A stretch of DNA of 64,000 nucleotides from Vicugna vicugna. Its lineage: Eukaryota. The stretch lies in the NCBI GenBank assembly GCA_013265495.1, contig MU059059.1, forward strand, positions 8,599,853-8,663,852, written 5' to 3'. The notes under the pieces are model-generated. The model ran no database searches and was not told the DNA's origin. It worked only from the letters and a program-made list of their open reading frames with translations. The translations under genes and the position numbers were made by a program. The number at the start of each line of letters is the position of its first letter. Position 1 is the stretch's first letter. Below are positions 62,516 through 64,000 of the stretch, in pieces.

Positions 62516-63284
62516 GAAAATTATTCCATTGCTAAAATAAATTATGTCTTATGACATGTTCATTTTGATGATAAGCCTCAGCACTCAGTGTTTTCGTGAC
62601 AAGGCAAAAGGGTAGAGAGATTTGTCATTTGATTCATTCCACTCTAGTTCCAAACACTTAAAAAAACAGCTGGGTTTCCCTCAAGTTTGCTTGATCATGC
62701 AGCGCTTTCCAGTGACTTTAGCCAACATGTTTGAAAACCGTGGTTTTCATGTCATAACTATCTGGGCCTCTGCAGTAAAATAAATCTTTTCTTTTCAAAT
62801 GTCAAACTCCCTGTGAAAGAGAAGACATGCTTTTAAAAGCTAGACCCCCTTAATTGCTGTGAGATCGGCTTCAGCGTTCCTCACTACAAGTGTGTTCTCC
62901 TTTGACTGGATATATTGACACAACACTTGATTCCCTCCTAATTTTCACTGTGTTCCAAGCTAAATCCTCATCATCCGCAAAAGAAGGAAGATACTTGTCA
63001 GAAACGTTTTGATTTAAAAATGAGAGAAGTTTCACCTTAGCTAGCTTAATTAAAGCATCATTTATTTGTCCACGCCACTGAAGAGTCCATGGAACACAGT
63101 TCTCCGGGCTTCCGGCATGGCCCGTCAGGTGGTGTCATCAGAAATGTTTCATTACATTCTAAGGCCTTGCTCTCCTCTGTGGTGGCAGGATTTCTCAGCA
63201 TGGTGGACAGAATCATCCCCAGCAATGAAAGATTCCTGTAGTCTTTTTTTTTCTCCTTTCTTCCCCATAATTTTTAATATTAGC

Positions 63285-63520
63285 ATTACTATCCCAGAAT
63301 GGGCTGCCTCTAATTTGTCTGGCTTAGGACACGTGCTAACCCCAAACTAACCCTATAGCTGAAGAGGGAGACATGATTAGCAAGGCCTGGTCCACATGCC
63401 GCCTGTGTAGCCAGAGGTACTACATGAGCAGAGTATGAGAAGCAAATTGAAGAAAAAAAAAAGAGATTTATCCACAGAAAAGAGCATACTTAGCAAGAGA
63501 AGACAGCAGACATCTAACCA
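63285..63520 (-). mobile_element. Old MLT1 fragment
   Basis: ggcttaggacacgtgctaacccc..gattagcaaggcctggtccacatgcc. Confidence 0.5.
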
Positions 63521-64000
63521 TGGGGCAATTCAAGGACTTTAAAAATTAAGGACAAATCATGTGTTACTTTCAACATCTTTCAGTGCTTTCTAGGTCTCAT
63601 CCTTTTCATCTTACTGTATTTTACAGCTAATCACGTTTTACCACTAATTCATTCATAGTGCAGCTAATGTTTATTGTTTATACAGGTTTCTCACTGCTCT
63701 GACTTCCCTTCTAAACTTCTGGTTTCAACCTAGACGTGCACCATTGAGAAGACTGAGGCTGTGTAGAAATGGGGATTTTAAAATTCCTTTCCTGAAACAG
63801 ATCGAATGGTTGAGTTTAAAAGTTTGAGGGGATAATGAGGTAGAGGAAGTAAAACAGCCCACATTTAAGAAGTGCTTTGAGAGATCATGATATTGGGTGC
63901 TATGCTAGCTATGTGGGAAAGGAACTGTTCTAACGATGGGCACGAAAAGGATGGTTGCGTTTGTCTATCACAGGCTTTTATATCTCAGGAATTTCGGCTC

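Noticed and set aside
1-64000. CRISPR arrays, operons, defence systems, NUMTs, snRNA/snoRNA/7SL copies, CpG island promoter
   Set aside because: None seen; the composition and repeat content are those of mammalian non-coding DNA

Overview
Mammalian non-coding DNA (a long intron or intergenic region), most likely camelid. The taxon call is an inference: there is a tRNA-Ala-derived SINE of the camelid Vic-1 type and young artiodactyl-type L1 3' ends, and I saw no Bov-tA/Bov-A2/BovB, CHR or PRE-1 SINEs. I could not recognise any protein-coding exon, CpG island, functional RNA gene or prokaryote-type system. The listed ORFs are short and are either chance frames or lie in repeats; one is an L1 ORF2 C-terminal remnant. 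A large part of the window is interspersed repeats: L1 of several ages, L2, MIR, MaLR/ERVL LTRs, hAT and Tc1/mariner MITEs, plus microsatellites. Repeat family names and most boundaries were assigned by eye from remembered consensus motifs and are approximate. Best leads: (1) a candidate 15-nt frame-preserving microexon on the minus strand (3776-3790); (2) a twin-primed, 5'-inverted L1 with a perfect 14-bp TSD (24436-24916); (3) evidence that the N-runs replace real bases roughly one-for-one rather than being unsized gaps; (4) an unexplained 27-nt direct repeat 542 bp apart; (5) several CpG-retaining, motif-rich unique segments that may be enhancers; (6) nested transposon insertions that give relative dating. 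I found no convincing new biological system.
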